Part shown: positions 12,506 through 25,050 of the stretch, one piece after another | How the letters are laid out: every line of letters begins with the position of its first letter | Position numbering within the stretch: the first letter of the stretch is position 1 | Source: Octopus bimaculoides | Taxonomy: Eukaryota | Assembly: GCF_001194135.2 (NCBI RefSeq) | Contig: NC_068981.1 | Location: 23,937,131-23,982,192, forward strand | Length of the DNA stretch: 45,062 nucleotides | Direction of reading: 5' to 3' | The notes under the pieces: model-generated | Database searches by the model: none | What the model was told of the DNA's origin: nothing | The model's input: the letters and a program-made list of their open reading frames with translations, nothing else | Translations under genes and position numbers: made by a program

Positions 12506-15039
12506 ATAGAATCTGGGTAGCAGAAAGCTACATGTACGCTTGCCACAACGAGGGGTTTTCACGAGTAACATGTGATCCGCAAACATGTGATCCACTAACA
12601 TGTGATCCACAGTACATCACATCAAATGTAGCAGAATAGGAATGCTCAGAGATATAACTTCCAGGGCTAGGAACAAACTACTTACATCCCTGGCCATTAT
12701 GACATGTCATAGATGATTAAGTATAAGTAAATGTGTCAGATATTTAGTGAATGTATCTATTTATTAATGCGTCTGAGGAAAAACAGTGAACGGTAGAGCA
12801 TGAATAACATTGAGCGTTTTCGTGTATGTGATGTGTATGTGTAGACATTTGCATGTGACGTATGGGTGTACATATTCGTATTTGGGTGGGTACATGATAG
12901 CATGTATGCGTATATGTGTGTGAGCATGTGTGTAAGTGTCTGTGTGAGTGTATGTGTCTGATGAATGAGTTGTGTTTGTACTTTCTTGCTGCTATAAAGC
13001 GCTTAAAGAGCTTCATAGTTGAATGGAAACCTTTTGGCGTCAAATTGGCTTGTCAGTTTGACTTCTTGAATTGGTACACAAACATTCATATACTTAAAAG
13101 CTTGCACACACACACACACGCGCACACACACACACACACACACGCACACACACACTCACACCACACACTCATGTATTTATACACGTATATAAACATTATA
13201 TGTGTGTGTGTTTGTGCATATATATGTATATATATGAGTATATATATATATATATANNNNNNNNNNNNNNNNNNNNNNNNNNNNNNNNNNNNNNNNNNNN
13301 NNNNNNNNNNNNNNNNNNNNNNNNNNNNNNNNNNNNNNNNNNNNNNNNNNNNNNNNNNNNNNNNNNNNNNNNNNNNNNNNNNNNNNNNNNNNNNNNNNNN
13401 NNNNNNNNNNNNNNNNNNNNNNNNNNNNNNNNNNNNNNNNNNNNNNNNNNNNNNNNNNNNNNNNNNNNNNNNNNNNNNNNNNNNNNNNNNNNNNNNNNNN
13501 NNNNNNNNNNNNNNNNNNNNNNNNNNNNNNNNNNNNNNNNNNNNNNNNNNNNNNNNNNNNNNNNNNNNNNNNNNNNNNNNNNNNNNNNNNNNNNNNNNNN
13601 NNNNNNNNNNNNNNNNNNNNNNNNNNNNNNNNNNNNNNNNNNNNNNNNNNNNNNNNNNNNNNNNNNNNNNNNNNNNNNNNNNNNNNNNNNNNNNNNNNNN
13701 NNNNNNNNNNNNNNNNNNNNNNNNNNNNNNNNNNNNNNNNNNNNNNNNNNNNNNNNNNNNNNNNNNNNNNTATATATATATATATATATTTATATACATA
13801 TATATATATGCGCATATATACATACATATATAAACATAGAGGGAAAAGGAGAGAAAGAAAGTAAGAAAGGGGAGATATGAATATTTTGGAGAAAGGAAAG
13901 CAAGGAAAGGGTAAATAGAGTGACGACGAAGCAGAGGAAAAACGATACAATTTGAGAAATAAATTGAGCTAAGTTTGTAATTTGCTGGTAAATGCTACGA
14001 GGATTAATGAATAGTTATCTGAACTAAATCTGGATTTTTTGTTACTTGTTTCACTATCATATTCTATTATTCTGACATTTTTGTCTTCGTTCTTTATTTT
14101 TGTTATTCTTAGATTATTTATTTTGTCTTGTTCACTTTCTCTTTTCTCTTTGCTTTCTATTAATTATTACTGCAATTATTATTTTCATTATCTTTTTTTA
14201 CCTCCTTATTTAGTTATTTCTCTTTCTTTCTCCATCTTCTTTCTCATTTCGTTAATTTTGCTTTCTCTTCATTTTATTATTAGAGTTTCTTTTTTTGCTT
14301 CTTTCCTTTTAAACATTCTAGCATTCTCTATAACTCTAACCCTCTCTTTAACACTGACTCTCTCTCTCTCTCTCTCTCTCTTATTTTCTTTTTATTTCTC
14401 TCTCTCTCTCTTTCTCCGTCTCTCCAGCTCTCTTTCCACTCAATGCTGCCTTCAAAATGGCGATTGATTTCACACTAACTGCAAAACATTTTATATTATC
14501 AGTCTTCTTCGTGTTTTGATTAATTCTTGAATAGGCCGACTCACTAATGGAAATGAAAAATACAAAATTATGAAATCGATGTCAAAATAGCAAACATGTT
14601 GTCATATTGAGAACAAGATTTAAAAAATAAATAAGAAAGTAAGAAAAAGAAATAGAATTCCAATTATTTATAGATAATTAGAAATATGATTTCTTCTTTA
14701 AAGTTCTGCATTGATTTGTAATAAATCAGTTTTAACAAAATAAAAAAAAAATTGCTTAAAATAATACTGTAATTTTTAATGTCTTCGGGATATTTATTTC
14801 TATACTGTTATTTTTATTATCATTATCATCATCATTTTATCATCCTTCTCCTCCTCCTTATCATCATCTACACCAGCATTAATATCATCATCATCATCAT
14901 CATTACCGCCACCAACAGCAACTGCAGCTGCTCTAGTAGATGTTCCAAGCGGAGTTCTTCAAATTTTGGATAAATATTTTACTTTCAATTTCTAGGAACA
15001 TGAAAACAATCTCGGGTTTTGTTTTCTTTCTAAAGAACG

Positions 15040-15130
15040 GAAGAAAATAAGATGCAAGTTGTGGTAGAGGGCAGAAAGCTCAGATGTTCTGTTTGTGAAC
15101 AAGAAAGGCATCTGAAGGCACTTTTTTGTT
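15040..15130 (+). mobile_element. Degenerate LINE ORF1 zinc-knuckle fragment
   Basis: MQVVVEGRKLRCSVCEQERHLK from 15052; similar to PVILEGRPP-CHKCLESGHLKKNC at 29170-29250. Confidence 0.5.
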
Positions 15131-15734
15131 TCCAAACACAACAGCGATTTCAAAAATAACAAGAAAAATAGCAAAAATAAAACTTCCAGTGATAACATAT
15201 AAACACAGAACAACTGGAATAGCAACATGTTGTCTAGTAGTGTTGCCTTTTAAAAACAACGGACTGTTGAGGCAGGAGAAATTATGAGTCTTTCCCCATC
15301 ATGAATTGGTGCACCCAAATATATACATATATATAAATATATATATATATATATAAATATNNNNNNNNNNNNNNNNNNNNNNNNNNNNNNNNNNNNNNNN
15401 NNNNNNNNNNNNNNNNNNNNNNNNNNNNNNNNNNNNNNNNNNNNNNNNNNNNNNNNNNNNNNNNNNNNNNNNNNNNNNNNNNNNNNNNNNNNNNNNNNNN
15501 NNNNNNNNNNNNNNNNNNNNNNNNNNNNNNNNNNNNNNNNNNNNNNNNNNNNNNNNNNNNNNNNNNNNNNNNNNNNNNNNNNNNNNNNNNNNNNNNNNNN
15601 NNNNNNNNNNNNNNNNNNNNNNNNNNNNNNNNNNNNNNNNNNNNNNNNNNNNNNNNNNNNNNNNNNNNNNNNNNNNNNNNNNNNNNNNNNNNNNNNNNNN
15701 NNNNNNNNNNNNNNNNNNNNNNNNNNNNNNNATA

Positions 15735-15778
<44 letters not shown>

Positions 15779-15789
15779 AACATATATAT

Positions 15790-15950
15790 ATATATATGAC
15801 GGGCGTCTTTCAGTTTCCATCTACCAAATCCACTCGCAAGGCTTTGATCGGCTCGAGGCTATAGTAAATGACAGTTGCCCAAGGTGCCCCGCAGTGGGAC
15901 TGAACTAGGGACCATGTGGTTGGGAAGCTTCTTACCACACAGCCATACCT
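15790..15950 (-). mobile_element. SINE 5' half (CORE-like family)
   Basis: Reverse complement matches 12100-12250 (ccttgggcaa, aaagccttgcgagtggatttggtagatggaaactgaaag). Confidence 0.85.
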
Positions 15951-16059
15951 ATATATTATGTATATACCTTAAAGATCACACCATCTAAGCCCAAGGTCAT
16001 CCAATAGACAATTTTTATTGTTTAAGTGAATAACCTGGTAGCTCTACTTTCAAAAGAGA

Positions 16060-16570
16060 GTTCAGGTAAAGGAGAAAATTGATAGTCTGAGTAATTATAC
16101 AACGTAGATAGGACTTAAACATCAATATCTTGGAAACACATGTCACAGAACACAATCGAGAATATACTCTATTAACAGAAAGCCACTAGACTGTGTAGAA
16201 GATGTGGCATGTCTAACAAGTCTTATCAGCAAAGTAGACGAAGCGCCAAAAGGATATCCAAATAAGGCGTAGTAAAAGATCTTCGAGTATTTATAAACGC
16301 TCAGTCCATCTGAAGTTCTAGACTAATGGCTAAGATGAAGATTTATAACAGCAACAGCAAATCTGTTCTAAGGTATAGCATTGAATACAGGCGAATAGTG
16401 AAATGAGGCATGAATAAGATTAATATTCTCCACATTGGATGGCTACAGTAAAACCTCATCATCTTTTGGCTCAAGAAAATATCAAATGAAGAGCTGGATA
16501 TCAAAACCGACCGCAACAGTATGGTCTTTGAAAGCTACCATTAAGATGGATACCTTGGTTACTTAAACTG
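16060..16570 (+). mobile_element. Degenerate RTE-clade LINE RT C-terminal fragment
   Basis: Translates in pieces to KMKIYNSNSKSVLRYSIE...FWLKKISNEEL, matching the RTE pattern K.KIYNS.V.SVLLYG.E.W...W...ISNEEL. Confidence 0.65.
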
Positions 16571-16837
16571 TTTCATTTGTAAGAGGCTTTCTGTCTTGTA
16601 TCTTATGAAAGTAGAAATTATTCTAGACATTCGTTGCTGTGGTTTACACAGCAAGACTCAGTCAGTAATTACTTTTGTCTGTAGCTATAACAATGGTGAG
16701 CGGCTTGATAGAAACACTGCAACTGAAATGAACACGGGCACACAATAACAGTGATGAACTGAGAAGATAATGGCATATGCGTTATTCCATTTTAATTATT
16801 GACGTAAGTTAGCACAACGTCAGTAATGTTGAGTGAA

Positions 16838-17115
16838 GAGGAAAGTCGATTACATCGACCCCAGTGCGTGACTGGTACTTTATTTTTTGAACTAAGAATG
16901 CAAAGCCTTTAATGTTTATATATAATGATTTCAAATTTTGGCAGAAGGCCAGCAATTTCGACTTCAGTGCTTAACTGGTACTTATTTTATCAACCACGAA
17001 AGGATGAAAGACAATGTTGACCTCAGCGAAATTTGAACACCAGAACGTACAAACGGACGAAATGCCGCTAAGCATTTTGCCCCGCGTGGTAACGATTTTG
17101 CCAGCTCGCTACCTT
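16838..17115 (-). mobile_element. SINE plus a partial second copy (same family as 2993-3212)
   Basis: Reverse complement contains gagctggcaaaatcgttacc, gttcaaatttc, taagtaccagtt and ggggtcgatgtaatcgac. Confidence 0.8.
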
Positions 17116-18329
17116 AATGTTTATATATTTCCGATGAAAGAAAACCGTTGGAAAACAGTTTATAGCAGAGACTCCAGCTAAGAAGATCTGAAGAAGGAAT
17201 TGTAATTCCGAAATATCATCGGACTATAGATAACCAAATTACAACAGGTATATAGTCCATTTTTTGTTTTTTGTTTTATAGTGCATTGTTGTACCATTCT
17301 AAATTTTTATTTTTTATAATGGAAGCAGTTTTAGCAGCTAGCCACAAATCATTTTCATATACAACCAGAAACTACAAAAGAATACTTTACTGTTGAAATA
17401 AATGTTTCAATATTTATGCATTTTATCAGGTGTACAAAGTAAAGATAATTCAATTTATATAGGAAAGCCAAACTTTGGTGGGGAAAATCTCAGAAGAAAA
17501 ACAGCTTGAAAATAATTATAAATTTTAATTGAGATAATGGTCGCGACTATGTCTTTCTATTAAGGAAACAAAACTGCATGAAAAAAATAGAAAAATATTA
17601 AATTTTAAATGAGATAATGGCTCTTCCTTCGAAGCTACCTTAGTTTGTAGTAAAGAGTCAGCAAAATTTAAAATGGAGGTAACAAGAAAGAAATATCTGG
17701 GAGGGGACAGTTTTAGAAGTAGAAAATATACGCCTACCTAAATACAAATATATTCCAACATAAATATACATTTATGTGCAAATACATATGTTCATGTATT
17801 TTATATCATTCATCATACAGGTACCGTCATTATGTACAGGGGTCGGTTTGCTAATATTTTACAGTTTCCTCTTTGTTGTACTGCATGAATACAATGAGCC
17901 AGGCTCTTGTTTCTAGTCATTCTTTGATGTTGTCTACAAGTCTACAAGTATCTTTTAATGGCTTCTTGTTATTTGCCTCTCGACACTTCCTGTCAGTAAC
18001 TATTTTAAATGTATACATATAAATATGGAAAAAATCAAATAGGTACACACATAAATACTTACGTACATAGCTTTAATTACACGTACACATTGTGTGCGTG
18101 TTATATATACGCAAACATACATGTAAGTGGTAATATACAAACTGACACATCAATGGTTATATACACACATCCATATAAAAGGTAAAGTGAAGTTATAATC
18201 TAAAATTCGTTTAAAAGTAACAACGGAACATTTATGATGAGCGATTCAATACCGTGGGTAGAGCCTAGTTTATTGTAAAATTTGTGCTAACCGTGGCGCC
18301 AAGTTTTGCCAAATATATTATTCAAATGT

Positions 18330-18595
18330 GGCAGTATGGTTGCGAAGCTTGCTTATCAGCCACGTAATCTTCGGTTCAGTCCCATTGCGCAAGACCTTGG
18401 TCAGATGGCGTCTACAATAGTCCCAGGTTGATTAAAGCCTTGTGAGTGGACCTGATAGGCAGACACTAAAAGAAGACTGCTGTATGTTTGTATGTATGTA
18501 TGTATGTATGCATGCATGCGTGCAGATTTGTGTTTTGTTTTACGTATTTATTCTCATGCATGTAGTTGCATATCTAGACATGCATGTATGTATGT

Positions 18596-18626
<31 letters not shown>

Positions 18627-18785
18627 CGTGTGTGTGTGTGTATGTGTGTGTGTATGTGTGCGTGTGTGTGTGTATGTGTGCGTGTGTGTGTGTGTACCTA
18701 TATGTGTGCTTATGTTTGTGTGTCTGTGTTTCTCCATCTCTCCGCCGCTTGACAAACAGTGTTGGTTTGTGTACCTCCTACTAAT
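18330..18785 (+). mobile_element. Degenerate SINE with an expanded internal microsatellite (~18480-18725)
   Basis: Head ggcagtatggttgcgaagcttgc and aaagccttgtgagtgga; after the repeat, cgcttgacaaacagtgttggtttgtgtac. Confidence 0.7.
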
Positions 18786-19089
18786 TTCGTGTATATGTAT
18801 ATATATGTATGTCTATGTATTTATATGTATTTATGCATGTATGCATATATGTGTATATATATGGATCTCTATACGCAGATCAATGTGTCTATATATGGTT
18901 GTATACTCCTATATATTTGTTTTTTATGTATCTATCTTTGTGTATCGATGTATATATAAAAAATAATTGTGTATATGTATATGTAACTTTGATAACTTTG
19001 ATAGATTTCGGCCAATATAGGCCCAGGCCATGTATAACTCAATAGCATTACCTGGTGAAGCTTTTTAGCCTTATATGGGGCACCATAGC

Positions 19090-21275
19090 CCACTCTAGCA
19101 AAGAATTATTATTGTTGGAGACACATCCGGGTGTAGGAAGTTGATCCGGGATCTTTTGAAGAAATTTGTTCAGTGAACATCTGAATTTTATGGGATCCGT
19201 TCCCGTTTTGACGTATTTTGGTATGGTATTAAAGAGAGCTGGACCGGTTGAGGTAAATTAATTGCGACGTAATGTAATGAGTTCGAGTTTTGTAGTGGTC
19301 GGATAGCATGGGGGCCAAATCTCAGATGGATTTTAAAATTGATGCCAACATCATTTGTGCGCTATTGATGGAATATTTTCCACATAACAAATGATATAGC
19401 GCTCCCGGCGGCATTGGAGAGAGTAGAGATTGAGATTTTGAGTGGACCCCAATAATCAATGCCTCTCATGCCGTTTATCTTTCTTGTCATTGACCTCTGG
19501 AGTGCTTCTACTTTCATAATGCGTTGCTTCGTATGGGGGAACCACAGTGGGCAACAGTACTCAAGGGAGAGTCGGACAAAAGTAAAGCAGAGAAGGATGA
19601 TGGTGTAGGCATCTCTAGACCGGAAAGGTCTCAGCTTCCAGGAGCACATTTTGCGGGCCAAGTAAACCTTGCTGTTTATGTGGGAACTCCAGCTTAGATT
19701 GTTATCAACAATTACTCAAAGAGCTCTGGTGTTGTTGGATGACACTAGGGAGTCGCCCGAGGGAAGAGCATATGGTAATTTCAGAGTATCCTCTTTCTCA
19801 AAGTGGATCAAATAAAACTTACCTTCATTTAAAAGCATATTGATTTTTTCCGCCCGTTGGACAATAGAAAACAGATCTGACTGAAGGTATTTTCGGTCTC
19901 TCATGCCGTTTATGGCTTTCTGAAGTTTGGAATCATCTGCAAAGATTTTCAATGTAGAATGTTTGATGACATCTACTATGTCATTGATGTAAATAATGAA
20001 ACGGAGTGGGCCCAACACAGTACCTTGTAGGACACTACTACTGACTTTGGCTGAGCTGGATCGTATTTCCTCAAATACAACAGGTTGGGTTCTGTTCGTC
20101 AAGAAACACTTTATCCACTGCAGCAGCTTTTTACGGATTCAAATGTTGGATACTTTCTTCAGCAGGATTTTGTGGTCCACTCAATCAAATGCCAGGCTGA
20201 AATCAAGGTATATGACATCAGTGTTGGAGCCCTCTCCCAACGCTTTTAAGATGTCAATAAAATGGTGCAGAAGCTGCGACAGGCAGTTCCTGCCATCACG
20301 GAAACTATGCTGGTTGGGGTTCAGTAGATTGTTGCCTTCGAGGAAGTGAGTTATTCGCGGTCTCACCACCATCTCAAATACGTTAATGATATGAAAAGTG
20401 AGTGAGATCGGACAGTAATTCCCTGCAAGAGATTTGTTACCCTTTTTGATGACTGGAACGACAGACTGGGTAAGAAAATGACCAGGAATGCAGCCTGCAT
20501 GAAGTGAGTCTCTCCAGAGATCAACTTGAGGGGGTGCAATTATTTGATGTCGACACATCTTCAGGACAGTGGTAGGGAACTTATCGGGACCTAGTGCCGA
20601 GTTGTGCTTGATCTTATCTATTTCTGTTAGGATATCAGGAGCACTAAAGTTATGTCAGATATAGTTAGTTGAGGGTTTATATCACTGATACTAGCCAGAT
20701 CAACTGCATTAGGGTTACTGAAGACAGAGCAGTATTGTCTCAGCAGTATCTCGCACATGGATTTATGTTGTTGTTGTTTTTTTCAAACGAAAACAATATT
20801 TTGGGATTGAGTTTTATTTTCTCCATGGCCCAACTCTCTTCAGCTGCTGCTCTTTGACTGTTAATGATGATCATCATGCTTTTTTGGAGATCGTGTTTTT
20901 TGATTCGAGTGAAGAAATGGCAGCCGAATGAGTGCGTTGCTGCTGACAGTATTTAAATTGGTTGATTTTTCTTGTTATTTCTTTTTATTTTTCTGATATT
21001 TACTCTGCTATTTCTTGAGATTATGCACTTAGATTTGTATACTGATCTTAATAGAGTATGTTTTGCGCATATATTTCTCACAATATCTACAAATGTCTGC
21101 CATGATCAGTTAATGTTGAAGAGGGTGTGTGCATGCATGAAGGCCCAATCAACTTGTGAAAGATCATGATTGATCGCATCCCAGTCTGCGTTATGAACAT
21201 CCATAGTTTCAAATGGATAGACTGGAGAGATATCACTGGATTTGATCTTTGGGTGGTAGAATCTCAGGTCGCAGA
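19090..21275 (-). mobile_element. 5'-truncated, disabled CR1-clade LINE (RT and C-terminal region)
   Basis: ORF pieces YCPISLT..NQHSFR..DVIYLDFSLAFD, QGTVLGPL.FIIYIND..FADDSKL, VRLSLEYCCPLW.P, GPQLFNTIP..IPDQ. Confidence 0.92.
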
Positions 21276-21278
21276 GAA

Positions 21279-21547
21279 CTAACAAAATTAGATTGTTGCA
21301 ATAAGAATACAAGCTATAAACAATACAATACTATAAGAATTATTATTGTGAATATTAAGTTTAGTTAGATATCATTCTTATTTTTATTATTATCAATTAA
21401 TTAATAAATTAAATGAATGTATTTCTAAATATAATTATTTAGTATAATGAAGATATCTTATTTGTGATTTGTAATTAATATTAAATTACTAATATAATGA
21501 TGTATTTTATAGTAAATACAAGTATTTACACTAGAAAGATTCAAAAT
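21279..21547 (+). repeat. Left arm of ~270-bp AT-rich inverted repeat
   Basis: ctaacaaaattagattgttgcaataag...ctagaaagattcaaaat is the reverse complement of 22310-22584; about 90% identical by eye, with one divergent 16-19 nt patch. Confidence 0.95.
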
Positions 21548-21977
21548 TTTTTCTTTAGATAGGACTTCCGGATAATACCTTCCTTACTAACTACTGTTCT
21601 GTCTGGTGTGGTCTTTGACTTCCTGTTCCAGGCATGGCAGTTACATAAGTAATCATCCTTGCCAAAATATGCCTCCACCTCCTCACGGGTCACTTCAATA
21701 CTGGTGATTAAGTACTTGCCACCGCTTTTCGGGTCCGTCACCTACACTTTGGACATGCTGCATAAAGGCAGCACCTGTCCACTACACTTGAATTGTACGT
21801 CAGTGGCACCCTTCACGTGTCAGCTAACCAGCGCCGGCTTGTGCCTCAGCCCATAGACAGGCCTTTTGATAAAGACAGGCACTGGCTGTGCTGATTCTAG
21901 CTCCTGTGTTGCTCCAGCTCCTGTGTTGCTGCCCCTATCTCCGCCATTGGAATGAAAACACATGAGAAGGTGGCCGC
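21541..21977 (-). pseudogene. unc-5: Disabled fragment of netrin receptor UNC-5 (N-terminus, Ig1, start of Ig2)
   Basis: Reads PVPVFIKRPVYGLRHKPALVS*HVKGATDVQFKCSGQVLP...KV*VTDPKSGGKYLITSIEVTREEVEAYFGKDDYLCNCHAWN...IRKSYLKKKF. Compare vertebrate UNC5 from memory: P.FL.EP.DAYIVKNKPV.L.C.A.PATQIYFKCNGE...IEVSRQQVEELFG.EDYWCQCVAW...RIAYLRKNF. Stops at 21820-21822 (in place of a Cys) and 21742-21744; a 17-bp tandem duplication at 21897-21930 shifts the frame. Confidence 0.85.
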
Positions 21978-22309
21978 ATGTACGTGTGTATATGTATTTG
22001 TGTATATATATATGAATATGTGAATATATGTCTATGTATATATCTATATATGTGTATGGATGATTTTTACGAGTATGAGAGTATATATTTGTATGTATAT
22101 ATATGTGTGTGTATGTATGTGTATATGTATGTAAATGCGTATATATATATATGTGTGTCTGTTTGTGTGTGTTTGTGCTTATGTGTGTTTGTGTTTGTGT
22201 TTGTGTGTATGCTTGTGTATATGTATGTATATCTTTAAGGTTTGTTATCTTAATCTATATAATAATCTAGAATTTGGAAAATTTATTTTTTAGTGGATTA
22301 ATTCAGAAT

Positions 22310-22584
22310 ATTTTGAATCTTTCTAATGCAAATACTTGTATTTACTGTAAAATACATCATTATATTAGTAATTTAATATTAACTACAAATCACAAATAAG
22401 ATATCTCCATTATACTAAATAATTATATTTAGAAAGACATCCATTTAATTTATTAATTAATAGATGATAATAATAAATGGTTTTATTTGACTTACTAACT
22501 AAACTTAATAACCACAATAATAATTCTTATAGTATTGTACAGTTTGTAGCTTGTATTCTTATTGCAACAATCTAATTTTGTTAG
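22310..22584 (-). repeat. Right arm of ~270-bp inverted repeat
   Basis: Reverse complement of 21279-21547. Confidence 0.95.
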
Positions 22585-23389
22585 GTCTGAAAGAATTAAT
22601 AAAATTTGGATATATAATATTTATAGTCCTTTATCTAAAAAACAATATTGAAAATATTTATCGCGGATCGGTTCTCAATACTTATGCTTTTGTTTATCTT
22701 ACTTTATTTTATTTACTGAGTTCTCTCTTCCATAATATACGTAAATAAGGACATTTACTTGTTAGTTACTGTGAATAACCCTTATTTAAGTAACTTCAAA
22801 TTTGGTTACTTCTGAAAAGCTCCGTAATATTTTGATATCCATTATTATAGCTTAGCTTTATATCTATGGGGTAACATAGGCTGTAATTATCGTAGCTCTA
22901 AGTTTCTCTTCCTGTTTTTACAGAATTCTCCCTCCGATACACTACGTAAATAAAGAACATTTTTGTTTTTTTGTTAGTTACTCTAAACAATCTTTATAAT
23001 ATGGAAAGATGCGAGCAAGAGAAATAATATTGTTAAGATTAAAAATCTGGAAAATTACAGGACAAGTTATTACACTTGGAAAAGTTCAGGACAACTTGTT
23101 GCATCTGGTAAAGGACAGAACAAGAAAATGTTTACTTAGAAAATTGCAGCTAAGGATAAAATTTCAAATAAAATATTCAGATTTAGAAAATATTAGCCTT
23201 TATTAAAACTAAAAGTTTTAACAAAAGTTATTACTCCTATTTGTTATTACATGTTACTTGTATTAAAAATTTAAAATAGATAGATATACATACATACATA
23301 CAACATACATACAACATACAAAATAGATAGATATACATACATACATACAACATACATACATGCATACATACATGCATACATACATATAA

Positions 23390-23712
23390 ACTAGCACTCC
23401 GATGGTTGCGACGACGAGTGCTGCAGTTGATTGGAGAAACAAAAGAGTTTGCTCGTGAAATTAACGAGCAATTGGCTGAGCGCTCCATAGGCAGGTGTAC
23501 TCTTAACGTAGTTTTCAAGGAGGTTCAGTGTGGCACTAAATGTGACAAAGCTGGCACTTTGTAATATAGGTACTACTGAATTTTTCCAGGTAAGTGGACT
23601 GCAGCAATGTAAAATAAAGTGTCTCGCTCAAGGACACAATGAATCTAGAGGTGTCGAGAGCACAACGTAAAGATCATGGGTTGAATACCACTAACCACTA
23701 AGCCACCCGCCT
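23390..23712 (-). mobile_element. tRNA/CORE-like SINE (same family as 44805-45005)
   Basis: Minus strand has head gggtggcttagtggttagtggt and ttgtgtccttgagcgagacactt; shares gctcgtgaaattaacg..ggctgagc.ctcca with 44805-45005. Confidence 0.75.
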
Positions 23713-24484
23713 TCACATTTAAATACATACATATATGCATGCATGCGTGCGTACGTACATACATAGATACATACGTACGTACATATATATATACATAAAT
23801 ATGTGTATATACATATATACGTACATATAAATACATATATACATGTGCGCGCGTGTGTGTGTGTGTGTGTGCAGCGAACCAAAACCTAAGCCAGGATTTG
23901 AAATTGAATTCACTGTTTGAAACAAGTCCTCGGCCAATTGTTCTCGCTTTTGCAGTAAGAGATTAATGGGAATAACTAACCTCTTAGAGCTTTTCGAGTT
24001 CTCTACGAACCAAATCTGATGAGAGAGGAAGAATCCTTTGTTTTTGGTTTGATCTAGTTCAGTTAGAAAGATATAAACACAGCAAAAACGTTCATGCTCT
24101 TCGGTCACTCGGCACCAACCAAGATCGCATCTTCCTTCTTTCTCCCGGTACTGATGGAAAAGCAACTCCTTTATGTAAGGGACAATACAACTCTTACCGT
24201 TTCTATCTGCCTTGACTCTTTTACTCTTACCCGTCTCTGGCAGTCACAGAGATGAAGCTAACTACAAAATATCGCACAGAACGCACTGGAGATCTACAAA
24301 TACCTTAGGTACACAAACAAGTATTAGAAGTTATATTTTCTGCATTGTAACGACATAATAGTTATATTGATAAACATCATCTTAATAATTAATTAATATT
24401 GTTCTTCAGTCATTCATTTTTCCGATGCATCTTGGCGTAAAACTTGGTTGTTATAGTTGGTGACTCCATCGTTACTTATGTGGA

Positions 24485-24730
24485 TGTAAGTATATATGTA
24501 TACACGTATGTATGTATGTATGTATGTATGTATGTATGTTATTATGTATGTGTATGTATGTATGTGTGTATGCATGTATGTATGTATGTATGTATGTGCG
24601 TATGTGTATGTATTTGTGTATATGTATGTATGTGTGTTTGTATGTGTATGTATGTGTGTATGTATGTGTGCATGTATGTGTGTATGTATGTGTGTGTATG
24701 TGTGTGTATGTATGTATATATGTATGCATG

Positions 24731-24763
<33 letters not shown>

Positions 24764-25050
24764 GTATCTATGTATGTATTATGTATGTATGTTATTATGT
24801 ATGTATGTGTGCATGTGTGTGTATGTATGTATGTATGTGTGTATGTGTATGTATGTGTGCATGTATGTACGTGTATGTATGCGTGTATGTATGTGTATGT
24901 ATGTATGTATGTATGTATGTATGTATGTGTGTGTATGTATGTATGTGTGTATGTATGTGTGTCTGTATGTTTGAATGTATGCGTGCATGTATGTGTATGT
25001 ATATGTGTTTATGTGTGTGTACGTATGTGTGTATGTGTACGCATGCATGC
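24485..25050. repeat. ~570-bp compound (GTAT)/(GT) microsatellite
   Basis: Direct reading; source of the MYVC-type ORFs. Confidence 0.95.

Noticed and set aside
14452-14462. YY1-like aaaatggcg motif suggesting a promoter
   Set aside because: Single short motif with no CpG island or downstream ORF.
21541-21977. Functional unc-5 exon with sequencing errors
   Set aside because: Two stops, a frameshifting duplication, an apparent short deletion relative to UNC5 and no donor site at the truncation are too many lesions.
23085-23160. dsRNA-binding-domain-like SGKGQNKK...AA
   Set aside because: Spacing is off by one, there is an in-frame stop, and no upstream domain match.
22240-23280. NUMT (mitochondrial insertion)
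   Set aside because: AT-rich, but I recognised no mitochondrial protein, rRNA or tRNA motif.
24016-24050. ctgatga followed by a short helix
   Set aside because: No GAAA after stem II.
23719-24165. 148-aa minus-strand ORF
   Set aside because: No recognisable domain or clear splice frame, and it ends in microsatellite.
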